From: an uncultured Nitrosopumilaceae archaeon
Lineage (GTDB): Archaea > Thermoproteota > Nitrososphaeria > Nitrososphaerales > Nitrosopumilaceae
Direction of reading: 5' to 3'
NCBI GenBank assembly: GCA_964434855.1
Contig: CAYSWR010000001.1
Location: forward strand, 46,641 to 74,753
DNA length: 28,113 nucleotides
The notes under the pieces were generated by a model. It did no database searches. It had not been told where the DNA came from and saw only the letters and a list, made by a program, of their open reading frames with translations. Positions 17,283 through 25,756 of the stretch are shown piece after piece (positions within the stretch are counted from its first letter, which is position 1; each line of letters opens with the position of its first letter). A program made the translations under genes and the position numbers.

Positions 17283-17519
17283 TTAAAGATAAGGCGTCTT
17301 TGGCATAATATCAAAGTGTGGTAAAAGCGAAATTCCAATCAATATTGGAACCACAAATATTGCAAATGAAATTACGGTGAGAATTATTCCAAGTAACAAG
17401 CAATTTTTTGCTTTACGCGGATCATCATCTTTTATTATAAAATAAGCTATGACGCCGCCTATAACATTAAAGAAAATAGGTAAAAGAAACCATAAACTAC
17501 TTCGTCTTCTTACTTCCAT
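17283..17519 (-). CDS. Small two-TM membrane protein (78 aa), hypothetical
   Basis: It is ATG-initiated. Two hydrophobic helices (LWFLLPIFFNVIGGVIAYFII and LLLGIILTVISFAIFVVPILIGISLL) are separated by KDDDPRKAKN. It lies downstream of the ABC-2 permease on the same strand. Confidence 0.55.
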   Translation of the reverse strand: MEVRRRSSLWFLLPIFFNVIGGVIAYFIIKDDDPRKAKNCLLLGIILTVISFAIFVVPILIGISLLPHFDIMPKTPYL

Positions 17520-17561
17520 GATTGATTTACCATATTGTTGGATTTAAATCAAGATTATCAT

Positions 17562-18323
17562 CTATAATTCAAGTTTTGCAAGAAGTTTTGTAGCTATTGA
17601 AAACAAAGTTAAAGATAATGTAACCAAAACTAACATTTCTATTGCCACAAATGTATCAAAATTCCCAAAAATTCCAGCACGTACAACGTCTACAAGATAG
17701 GTTAGTGGATTAAAATAAAATGCAATTGAAAGTGGCAAAGGCGAACCTTCTGCTGGATAGAAAGCAGTACTTACGAATGCAAAAAACAAAAACACAGTAT
17801 TAATCACTACATTGAATCCTTCACTTGACTTTAGCCTAGTGGATATGATTGATGCAATAGAACCAAAGAGAATAGAGCCTACAACAGAAGCAAAGACCAA
17901 AAGTGGTATAGTAAGGAAGTTAAATTCTATAGATTCAAAGAAAAGTGGGTATCCAACGGCTGTAATTAAAGTGGCACTAACCAACCCAATTATTCCAATT
18001 GTGTAGACATTACTTAGGATGTAGTGTGTTCTAGTAAATGGCCCTACAAGGATCTGTTCAAACATACCATGTCTTCGATCATTCCATATTATAATGCCGG
18101 AGACAAGGGCACTATTCATTATGTTAAAGCCAATCATACCTGATGCGATGTATGCTGGATAGTCTAGTGTTTTGTTACCGTAGGAAACAGAATCAATCAG
18201 TGCAGTATATGCAAAACCACCAACAAAGATGTAGATTAAAGGAAAAATTACTTGCCATATCATAAATCCCTTGTTAAGAGATATTGTCAGATTTCTATTT
18301 ACTAGTCTAATCACTGGATGCAT
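17562..18323 (-). CDS. ABC-2 type transporter permease
   Basis: It has six predicted hydrophobic segments and is the size (253 aa) of ABC-2 exporters. Its start overlaps the upstream ATPase gene by 17 nt. Confidence 0.8.
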   Translation of the reverse strand: MHPVIRLVNRNLTISLNKGFMIWQVIFPLIYIFVGGFAYTALIDSVSYGNKTLDYPAYIASGMIGFNIMNSALVSGIIIWNDRRHGMFEQILVGPFTRTHYILSNVYTIGIIGLVSATLITAVGYPLFFESIEFNFLTIPLLVFASVVGSILFGSIASIISTRLKSSEGFNVVINTVFLFFAFVSTAFYPAEGSPLPLSIAFYFNPLTYLVDVVRAGIFGNFDTFVAIEMLVLVTLSLTLFSIATKLLAKLEL

Positions 18324-19248
18324 TTGATTTATTCACCACTGAGAGAAAGATTTCTTCTAGACTCGTAGGGATTGCAGAAAGATCTTCTATCACGATGTTA
18401 TTTGCAGTCAAAATTTGAAGAATTTTTAGCAATACTTTTTCAGAATCATTGGATCGTATAGTAATGTTTGTTCCAGAGTTAAAAGCAAGTTCATGGTCTT
18501 TTATTCCAATCAAGAGATTAGATAGGTCTTTTCTAACAGTGCCTAAGTGAATCTTGATGGTTTTTTCTCTCCCGAATTTGTTCTTTAGTTCTTCTGGAGT
18601 ATCAATAGCTATTATCTTTCCTTTGTTTATGATAGCAACTTCATCGCAGATGTATTCAGCTTCATTTAGTATATGTGTTGTAAAAAATACAGTCAAGCCA
18701 TCTTTTGCTTTATGTTTTATAAAATCGAGTAATCCCCTGCGTGCTGAAGGATCCAAACCTACTGTGGGTTCATCAAGAAACAAAAGCTTCATGTCGTGCA
18801 TAAATTCGCGAGCCACTTGTACTCTTCGTCTCTGACCTATTGAAAGCTCATCATTTTTTATATTCCTTATTTCTTTTAGATCAAAAGCTGAAAGAAGCTC
18901 CTCAACTCTATCCTGTCTTATTTTTCTCTCAACATTCCACATCATTCCATATTTTTCAAGAGATTTTTCTACACTGAGGGTGGGTTCATAACTTGGCTGT
19001 TGTAAAACCACCCCAATTTTCTTTCGTACTTCTAATGGAGAATGTATAGCGTCTATTCCTAGTATTTTCATCGAACCAGCTGTTGGAGGTATAAGAGTAG
19101 TAAGGAGTTTTATTGTAGTAGTTTTTCCTGCCCCATTTGGTCCTAAAAATCCAAAAATCTTACCATAATTAACAGAGAGATCGATGCCATCAACTGCATT
19201 TATAGCCCCGTATGATTTTGAGAGCAGTTTTGTTTCTATACATGACAT
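18307..19248 (-). CDS. ABC transporter ATP-binding protein (ABC-2/DrrA-like exporter ATPase)
   Basis: It has Walker A GPNGAGKTT, signature LSIGQRRRV, Walker B LLFLDEPTVGLD and an H-loop TTH. I prefer the ATG at 19248 (MSCIETKLLSKSYG) over the TTG at 19263. Confidence 0.9.
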   Translation of the reverse strand: MSCIETKLLSKSYGAINAVDGIDLSVNYGKIFGFLGPNGAGKTTTIKLLTTLIPPTAGSMKILGIDAIHSPLEVRKKIGVVLQQPSYEPTLSVEKSLEKYGMMWNVERKIRQDRVEELLSAFDLKEIRNIKNDELSIGQRRRVQVAREFMHDMKLLFLDEPTVGLDPSARRGLLDFIKHKAKDGLTVFFTTHILNEAEYICDEVAIINKGKIIAIDTPEELKNKFGREKTIKIHLGTVRKDLSNLLIGIKDHELAFNSGTNITIRSNDSEKVLLKILQILTANNIVIEDLSAIPTSLEEIFLSVVNKSNASSD

Positions 19249-19322
19249 TAAAACTAGTTTCAATACCCTACTAATTTAGCTAATGAAATTTTTATTAATG
19301 CACGCTTCTATTTCAGAGTGAC

Positions 19323-20720
19323 TTGTCAGAATTTGAATCATTATTAAACAAGCTTTTAGAACAAAAACCAGAGCTTTCGCGATCAGATATACAACAGATG
19401 ATTAACAAGAAAAAAGAAAAGATCGGTGCAGGTTATTTGACAGATCAAGGTGCTTTATTTCTTATAGCAGCTGATCTAGGGATATCATTAAATGAACAGC
19501 TAAAAGTCGAGATGGGTCTCAAAGATCTGTATGTAGGTGCAAAAGAGATCACATTAGAAACTAGAGTAATGAATGTTTATCCAGCAAAACAGTTTTCACG
19601 TAAAGATGGTTCACAGTTTCTTCTGCGCACTATGACTGTATATGATTCAGATTCAAGAGCCAAGGTAAAGCTGTGGGATGAAAAGGCAAACTTGCCGGGA
19701 ATTGAGAATTTGAAACCTGGTGATCTTGTTAAGATTATCAAGGCTTATGTCAAGTCAGATATGACAGGTACACCGATAATTAATGTTGGTTCAGGTTCAA
19801 ACCTTGAAACAAGTGAGATAGAAAGTAAAATTCCCTTGCTTGATTCAATAACAGAAGATGTTAGTGAAGTAAAGGAAAATCAACAAAATCTTGTAGTTTC
19901 TGGAATCTTGGATGGGAATATCAGAATGACTGAATTCACAAATTTCAAAGGCCAACCTGGAAAAGCACTTCATTTACGTCTAAAGGGAAAAAATGACACA
20001 ATTACAAGAGTTGTCTTGTGGAATGCTGATGAAAAATCAATTCCAAAGATGATTACGGCTGGTGCAAAAACAAGATTGATTGGTGTAAGAACAAAAAAAG
20101 GTCAACAAGGATTAGAGTTACACGGTGATGAAGGCACAGTTATCGAAATAGAAGGTGCGGATGAAGTGCAACCAATAGCTGTTAGAATTTTATCATTGGT
20201 GAAAAATGATTCTGGTAACACCTTAATGTTAGTTACTGATCATAATAAAAAATTTCTAAACATTACTGATTTTGTTGGTGTAACAAAAGATCTTAAAATT
20301 GGAGAAGCAATAGAAATAGTTCCAACAAAAGTATATGGGAATTCTGTAACATTAGCAGACGGTTCATTTGTTAGAAAGATTGATGATGAAAAAATTCCTA
20401 CAATTTTAGAACTTAGAACAAAGATTCGTGATCTTAAACCAAGTGATGATATCTATTGTATTGAAGCGATAGTGCTAAAAATGCCAGAAAGACGAGAAAT
20501 CCAGACAAAACGTGGGGAAACAGTATCTTTGTCAGAGATGTTTATTGAAGATGAGACGGGACAGATTTGGCTTAAAGGATGGAGAAACCAAGCTAGGATA
20601 CTAGACCCGTTTTCTCAAGGTGAGATTATTACTGTAATAGGTGTAACTGCAAAAGCTGGTCTTGAAAATAGAACAGAATTGTTTTTAACGCCATTTTCGC
20701 ATATTATAAAGAAGAATTAA
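19323..20720 (+). CDS. Replication protein A-like ssDNA-binding protein with several OB folds
   Basis: The N-terminal helical module (LSRSDIQQMINKKKEKIGAGYLTDQGALFLIAADLGISL) is of the kind seen at the N-terminus of archaeal RPAs. It is followed by repeated units of about 100 aa with OB-fold-like beta patterns (e.g. V..V....F.RKDGS......V.D.....KV.LWDE). No zinc-finger cysteines are present. TTG start. Confidence 0.6.
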   Translation: MSEFESLLNKLLEQKPELSRSDIQQMINKKKEKIGAGYLTDQGALFLIAADLGISLNEQLKVEMGLKDLYVGAKEITLETRVMNVYPAKQFSRKDGSQFLLRTMTVYDSDSRAKVKLWDEKANLPGIENLKPGDLVKIIKAYVKSDMTGTPIINVGSGSNLETSEIESKIPLLDSITEDVSEVKENQQNLVVSGILDGNIRMTEFTNFKGQPGKALHLRLKGKNDTITRVVLWNADEKSIPKMITAGAKTRLIGVRTKKGQQGLELHGDEGTVIEIEGADEVQPIAVRILSLVKNDSGNTLMLVTDHNKKFLNITDFVGVTKDLKIGEAIEIVPTKVYGNSVTLADGSFVRKIDDEKIPTILELRTKIRDLKPSDDIYCIEAIVLKMPERREIQTKRGETVSLSEMFIEDETGQIWLKGWRNQARILDPFSQGEIITVIGVTAKAGLENRTELFLTPFSHIIKKN

Positions 20721-23446
20721 GAATCCCAGAAACCGCGCGTTGTTACGTATTGTCTTTCTGCTTCATAGATCTGTTTGTATAGTTCTTCTTCTCCAATCAT
20801 GTTTCGTAGTATTCGTGCTCCTGTGTCAGCTCCTACACCATATCCTGAAAGAACAATAAGAGCTGTCTGTCCAAAGCTCTCTAAAAGTGAGGAGATCTTC
20901 CATGCTCTTGCAAACTTGTGATTTTCTTCCGTTGTGAGTTTTTTCCCAACATGTTTTTTCTGTACTATTTTTGCTAAATCATAATCAGAATAATAAGTAG
21001 CTGTGATCTGATGAGATTTGCAATAATGACATGAAAGTGTGTTATTTACTTCCTTGGTCTCAACAACTCTTTCCCATTTTCCACATCTAACACAAATCAG
21101 TCTGTGTTTTGTTTTCAAGAGTCTTGCTTTAACTAGATCCAAAATTCCTTTGTCTATGTTTGCTGGAGACGCATAATATTTTGCAGTATGATCAAGTATA
21201 GATTCTGCAAGTTTAGAGAAATTTTCTACTTCTATCCACTTTATTTTAATTTCATTAGATCGAATTTTTTCTAATAATGTTTCAGTATTTTCCAAGTCAT
21301 ATTTGTCATGGAATAGTTCACGCAGTACTTCATTTGCAAGTGGGGTTTTTGAATATTTTTCGTAGATGAACCTTGCAGCTTTTCTATCATAAACTGCCTC
21401 TCTGCCTACAATGCCAAATTTTTTAGCTACACACCAGGTTCTCCAGTTTAGGTTATGTGTTCCTGCGAGAGAAGCACTAACAACTGGTGCTAGATCATAT
21501 ACTTCGTTTAAGGTATCCAATACTTGCTTTTCCAGTATTCTGCCGTTAGAGGACATGATTATTCTATATGCATCAGATCTTGAATCTATAAGATATCCTG
21601 TCTTTGCTGAGATCATAGTAGAGAGCAGCATAGAAAGTGTAGAATTTATTTTAGTTCCAAAACATGAATGAATTACTACCGTATTTCTAACCCTTAATGA
21701 TTCTACTACGATGATTTTTTCGTTTGGAATAGTGTCTAATTTCAGATTCTTGATTATTTGATTTGAAACTAGAAGAGAATCTGTCTGTACTTTTGTTCTA
21801 AAAATACCAACCTTATTTGCAGTTATATAATCTACCGGAATGTTTTCACCCTCCCAATATGGTACGTTTATTCCAGCTGACTGCACCGGTTCAACATTGA
21901 TTTTTAGTGAACTCTCGTCTATGTTTAATATTCTCCATTGCATCCCCCTCAAAACAAAAACATTACCAGGATCACCATGATCACCTACAAATCTTTGATC
22001 TAAACTTCCGATGATTTTTTTACTTGCAGTATCAAAGACTTTAAATTTTAAGATATCAGGAATTGTTGATAGGTTTTCAAAAAAATATCTGAACGCTCTG
22101 CCTTTTTTCTGAAAGATCATTTCCTCCTTGTCAAAAAATAGAATTGAATTGTTATGTAATATTTCAAGGACGCTAAAAAGATCCTCTATTGTTGTATTTC
22201 TGAAAGGATATGCTTGTTTTATTACCTGAAACGCAAGATCTACTGGAACATTTCCAAGTTGCATCGATAGACCAACCAAATGGTGTGCAAGTACGTCTAA
22301 TGCCCCTTCATGGATTATCTGATCTTCGATTGATTTTTCTCTAACTCTTTCAAGTATTGCATATGTTTCAAATTCATCATCTGGATTGTTGGTTATGATT
22401 AGACCCTTTGCAGATGAATCTCTATTGTGTTTGCTTCTACCTATTCTTTGTATTAGTTTTGACACTTGTCTTGGTGAACCATAATGAATCACAAGTTCAA
22501 CAGAACCAATATCAAGTCCAAGTTCAAGTGATGAGGTACAGACTATAATTCCAGGCCTGCCTTGTCTTAGTGTTTCTTCTGTTTCTTCTCTGATTTCTTG
22601 TGAGAGAGAACCATGATGTAATTCAACTCTTAATGTGGTCTTTTCACGTAATATTGATGCAAGATATTCTGATTCTCCACGTGTATTTGTAAAAAGCAAA
22701 ACCGGAGAATTTGGATGATTCTTTGTTACATATTCAATTATGTGATCAACTACATCAGATATTGTTCCATCTATGTATTTGACTTCTACATCGTATTTTC
22801 GTATAGAATTATCTTGAATTATTTTACATTTCCTTTTTGTTCCCACTATAAATTTAGCAGATTCATCAATGTTACCTACCGTTGCAGATAGACCTACTCG
22901 AGTTATTTCTTGTTTTGAATTAAGTTGTAGTCTTTCCAAACTTAATGAAAGTTGTGAACCTCGTTCATTTCCTAATAATTCATGAACTTCGTCTATGATT
23001 ATCCATTCAAGTTCTGAAAGTGCATCAAGTATTTTTTTTTGTGTAAGTAAAATTAGGAGAGTTTCAGGTGTGGTTATAAGAATATCTGGAGGAGATTCTG
23101 TAATTTTTTTTCGTGCAGATTGTGTAGTGTCACCGTGACGAATCTGAATTGAAAGGTATTCATTTTCAGCATATTTTATAATTCTTCTAAAGACATCACG
23201 ATTTAATGCTCTTAGTGGTGTAATGTACAACGCTTTTATTTTTCCAGGTTTCTTGGATTTAGCAAGGCGTGCAAATATAGGAATAACTGCTGTCTCTGTT
23301 TTACCTGAGCCCGTAGGTGCAATTACTAGTGAATCTATCTTTTGGAAAATTGTAGGAATCGCTTTTTTTTGGATGTACGTGAGGTTTTTAAAACCAAGGG
23401 AATGAAACTTGGCCTCAAGTTCAGATTCAGGCAGGAGGTTCCGGAT
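20717..23446 (-). CDS. lhr: Lhr-type (Lhr2-like) SF2 DEAD/DEAH-box helicase with C-terminal zinc-ribbon region; 5' end/start codon unresolved
   Basis: The track ORF (from the TTG at 23230) has YITPLRALNRD, DEVH and the QRIGRSKH motif VI. It also has a DEAD/H-associated-like C-terminal half with CVRCG...CHYC. The same frame stays open upstream to 23476. That extension encodes the Q-motif (FKNLTYIQKKAIP) and Walker A (APTGSGKT, 23297-23320), but it contains no ATG, GTG or TTG. The listed start (ATC at 23444-23446) is a placeholder. Confidence 0.8.
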   Translation of the reverse strand: MRNLLPESELEAKFHSLGFKNLTYIQKKAIPTIFQKIDSLVIAPTGSGKTETAVIPIFARLAKSKKPGKIKALYITPLRALNRDVFRRIIKYAENEYLSIQIRHGDTTQSARKKITESPPDILITTPETLLILLTQKKILDALSELEWIIIDEVHELLGNERGSQLSLSLERLQLNSKQEITRVGLSATVGNIDESAKFIVGTKRKCKIIQDNSIRKYDVEVKYIDGTISDVVDHIIEYVTKNHPNSPVLLFTNTRGESEYLASILREKTTLRVELHHGSLSQEIREETEETLRQGRPGIIVCTSSLELGLDIGSVELVIHYGSPRQVSKLIQRIGRSKHNRDSSAKGLIITNNPDDEFETYAILERVREKSIEDQIIHEGALDVLAHHLVGLSMQLGNVPVDLAFQVIKQAYPFRNTTIEDLFSVLEILHNNSILFFDKEEMIFQKKGRAFRYFFENLSTIPDILKFKVFDTASKKIIGSLDQRFVGDHGDPGNVFVLRGMQWRILNIDESSLKINVEPVQSAGINVPYWEGENIPVDYITANKVGIFRTKVQTDSLLVSNQIIKNLKLDTIPNEKIIVVESLRVRNTVVIHSCFGTKINSTLSMLLSTMISAKTGYLIDSRSDAYRIIMSSNGRILEKQVLDTLNEVYDLAPVVSASLAGTHNLNWRTWCVAKKFGIVGREAVYDRKAARFIYEKYSKTPLANEVLRELFHDKYDLENTETLLEKIRSNEIKIKWIEVENFSKLAESILDHTAKYYASPANIDKGILDLVKARLLKTKHRLICVRCGKWERVVETKEVNNTLSCHYCKSHQITATYYSDYDLAKIVQKKHVGKKLTTEENHKFARAWKISSLLESFGQTALIVLSGYGVGADTGARILRNMIGEEELYKQIYEAERQYVTTRGFWDS

Positions 23447-23546
23447 TTTGTCTTGTTCTAGCTCGCTCGTATACCATTACCCCAAAAAGGCCTATTCCAA
23501 AAAGAATTACGGTGATGATTGGTATAGAATCAAAAATATCTGCCAT
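23427..23546 (-). CDS. Mini-ORF encoding a 39-aa single-TM peptide (hypothetical)
   Basis: The ATG at 23544-23546 opens MADIFDSIPIITVILFGIGLFGVMVYERARTRQNPEPPA and the ORF ends at a TGA stop. It has one clean hydrophobic helix followed by a basic tail. It lies between the RadB-like gene and the helicase and overlaps the helicase upstream frame. It falls below the length cut-off of the ORF track. Confidence 0.35.
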   Translation of the reverse strand: MADIFDSIPIITVILFGIGLFGVMVYERARTRQNPEPPA

Positions 23547-23577
23547 GAATTTGTTATAATTCACAGTGATAAATAGC

Positions 23578-24234
23578 TTAAGTCGAATCTATTAGTCCCG
23601 CCGGTGTAATCATGTAATGAATTTCTTTTTTATAACCAAAAGATGGGAAAATTTGTGCGGCATACTTATGGTTGACTTTAGTAAGATGAATTTTCTGATG
23701 AGTGTACATGCTTATTGATCTATCAAGATTTTCTCTTTCCATGTCATTTGATTTTCTAACTATGTTTGTTACAATAATAGGAATTTTTTTCTGTATAGCA
23801 ATAAATGCAAGATTATGCATATATTCCATAAAAACAACATGTTTTTCTAACAAGTTAGATTCTTTAGAATATTCGAATGAAAACAGATCTGTAACATTAT
23901 CGATTACAACAAGACCGAGGTTTTTAATTTCAGATATTTTTTCAAGATAGCTGATTTGTTCCGAGGTGTTGGTTATTCTGCCCACTCTAACATGATCAAG
24001 CAGTTTTGGATCCATGTTTTTTGTTTTGATGAGTGTAAGCATTCTTTCTGGTCTGAACCCACCAGTAGTATCTTGGTAGAGTATTTCTACATCATTTCTA
24101 AGCGCATTAATGCATATTTGTAGTGCAAGTTGTGTTTTTCCCGTGGCACTTGCACCAAAAATATCTGTTATAATTCCATGTCTTATACCACCATCAAGAA
24201 GTTTATCCAATTTTTGAATACCAGTTTGAATCAT
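23578..24234 (-). CDS. RadB-like short RecA/RadA-family ATPase (no N-terminal HhH domain)
   Basis: It has GIQKLDKLLDGGI, Walker A GASATGKTQ, the Rad51/RadA-type block DTTGGFRPERM and Walker B LVVIDNV. I prefer the ATG at 24234 over the TTG at 24237. Confidence 0.75.
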   Translation of the reverse strand: MIQTGIQKLDKLLDGGIRHGIITDIFGASATGKTQLALQICINALRNDVEILYQDTTGGFRPERMLTLIKTKNMDPKLLDHVRVGRITNTSEQISYLEKISEIKNLGLVVIDNVTDLFSFEYSKESNLLEKHVVFMEYMHNLAFIAIQKKIPIIVTNIVRKSNDMERENLDRSISMYTHQKIHLTKVNHKYAAQIFPSFGYKKEIHYMITPAGLIDST

Positions 24235-24283
24235 CAAGTCTTTAGATTACATCAGAAGTTAAAGAATATTAGATCAAAGTTAC

Positions 24284-24309
24284 GATCGGGAAGGCTTTTA
24301 TTCCCGATC
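24284..24309. promoter_or_regulatory. Perfect 9-bp inverted repeat GATCGGGAA-N8-TTCCCGATC in a divergent intergenic region
   Basis: The arms are at 24284-24292 and 24301-24309. The spacer GGCTTTTA plus the first arm bases form a TTTTATT TATA-like element. The repeat lies between the RadB-like gene (minus strand) and the Sm gene (plus strand). Confidence 0.4.
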
Positions 24310-24338
24310 CCAGGCAGTGCTTCACAAGTGATTTATGT

Positions 24339-24581
24339 TTGTCGCAACCGCCACCAAAAAGACCACTAACAACCTTGCAAAAAGGCATCAATAAGAAAGT
24401 CACGGTAAGACTGAAAAATGAAGTAGAATACAAGGGAAAAATGAATAATGTGGATTCATACATGAATCTGATAATGACTGATGCTGAAGAAGTCAGCAAC
24501 GGCAAAGTAATTGCAAATTATGGTCGAGTCATAGTAAGAGGAAACAATGTTCTTTTCATTAAACTTGAAAATGAACTGTAA
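24339..24581 (+). CDS. Sm-like (LSm/SmAP) RNA-binding protein
   Basis: Sm1 (KKVTVRLKNEVEYKGKMNNVDSYMNLIMTDAEE) and Sm2 (RVIVRGNNVLFI) motifs are present. TTG start. Confidence 0.9.
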   Translation: MSQPPPKRPLTTLQKGINKKVTVRLKNEVEYKGKMNNVDSYMNLIMTDAEEVSNGKVIANYGRVIVRGNNVLFIKLENEL

Positions 24582-24598
24582 CTGAATAGGTTTTAAAA

Positions 24599-25756
24599 AT
24601 GGAGCGAAAATATCTCTTTACATCTGAATCAGTAACAGAGGGACACCCAGACAAAATATGTGACCAAATTTCTGATGCAATTTTAGACGAATTTCTAAAA
24701 CAAGATCCAGACTCAAGAGTTGCTATAGAAACGATGACTACTACTGGAATTGTCGTAGTAGCAGGCGAGGTAACTTCAAAAGCAAAGTTTGACATTCAGG
24801 AAGTGGTAAGAAAAACAATACGGGAGATTGGTTACGACAATCCAGCATATGGTTTTGATGCGAATTCATGCAGTGTATTAATAGCTCTTCATTCACAAAG
24901 TCCAGATATATCTCAAGGAGTTTCATCCACAGAAAACAAAGAGCAGGGAGCAGGAGATCAGGGACTAATGTTTGGATATGCTACAAATGAAACTGAAGAG
25001 CTTATGCCTATGCCAATTATACTTGCACACAAATTAACAAAACGACTTGCGGAAGCAAGAAAAAGTAAAGAAATTCCTTGGGCAAGACCAGATGGAAAAT
25101 CCCAAGTTACTGTAGAATATGAAGATGGAAAGCCAAAAAGACTTGAAGCTGTTGTAATCTCTACACAGCATTCTCCAGAAGTAACCAGTGATCAAATAAA
25201 AAAAGAAATTATTGAAAAAGTAATCAAACCTGTTTGTGGGAAATTTTGGCATGATAAAATTAAAGTTCATGTCAATCCAACTGGTAGATTTGTTATTGGA
25301 GGACCACCAGGAGATGCAGGTCTTACAGGAAGAAAGATCATAGTGGATTCCTACGGAGGCATGGGACGACATGGTGGTGGCGCTTTCTCTGGAAAAGACC
25401 CCACTAAAGTCGATAGATCTGCTGGTTACATGTGTCGATATATTGCAAAGAACATAGTTGCTGCTGGTCTTGCAGACAGATGTGAAGTACAGGTGGCTTA
25501 TGCAATTGGCGTGGCAGAACCTATCTCACTTATGGTTAGTACGTTTGGTACAAGTAAAATTCCAGAAGATCAGATTGAGAATTTGGTAAGAAAACACTTT
25601 GACATGAGACCAGCTGCAATAATATCATACCTAAAGTTGAATAGACCAATCTATAGAAAGACAGCAGCCTATGGTCACTTTGGACGAAATGAACCAGAGT
25701 TTACCTGGGAATATATAGACAAAGCAGATATACTAAGAAAGGCAGCCGGTCTTTAA
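24599..25756 (+). CDS. metK: S-adenosylmethionine synthetase, MetK (bacterial/eukaryotic) type
   Basis: It has [55 protein letters not shown] and a length of 385 aa. Confidence 0.95.
   Translation: MERKYLFTSESVTEGHPDKICDQISDAILDEFLKQDPDSRVAIETMTTTGIVVVAGEVTSKAKFDIQEVVRKTIREIGYDNPAYGFDANSCSVLIALHSQSPDISQGVSSTENKEQGAGDQGLMFGYATNETEELMPMPIILAHKLTKRLAEARKSKEIPWARPDGKSQVTVEYEDGKPKRLEAVVISTQHSPEVTSDQIKKEIIEKVIKPVCGKFWHDKIKVHVNPTGRFVIGGPPGDAGLTGRKIIVDSYGGMGRHGGGAFSGKDPTKVDRSAGYMCRYIAKNIVAAGLADRCEVQVAYAIGVAEPISLMVSTFGTSKIPEDQIENLVRKHFDMRPAAIISYLKLNRPIYRKTAAYGHFGRNEPEFTWEYIDKADILRKAAGL

Noticed and set aside
23223-23405. 60-aa plus-strand ORF
   Set aside because: It is antisense to the helicase frame that encodes the Q-motif and Walker A box, and the minus-strand reading is clearly the meaningful one.
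24269-24505. 78-aa minus-strand ORF
   Set aside because: It is antisense to the Sm protein gene, which has clear Sm1/Sm2 motifs.
24582-24598. SAM riboswitch or leader upstream of metK, and likewise a cobalamin element upstream of cbiD (27111-27148)
   Set aside because: The gaps are only 17 nt and 38 nt, too short for any riboswitch aptamer.
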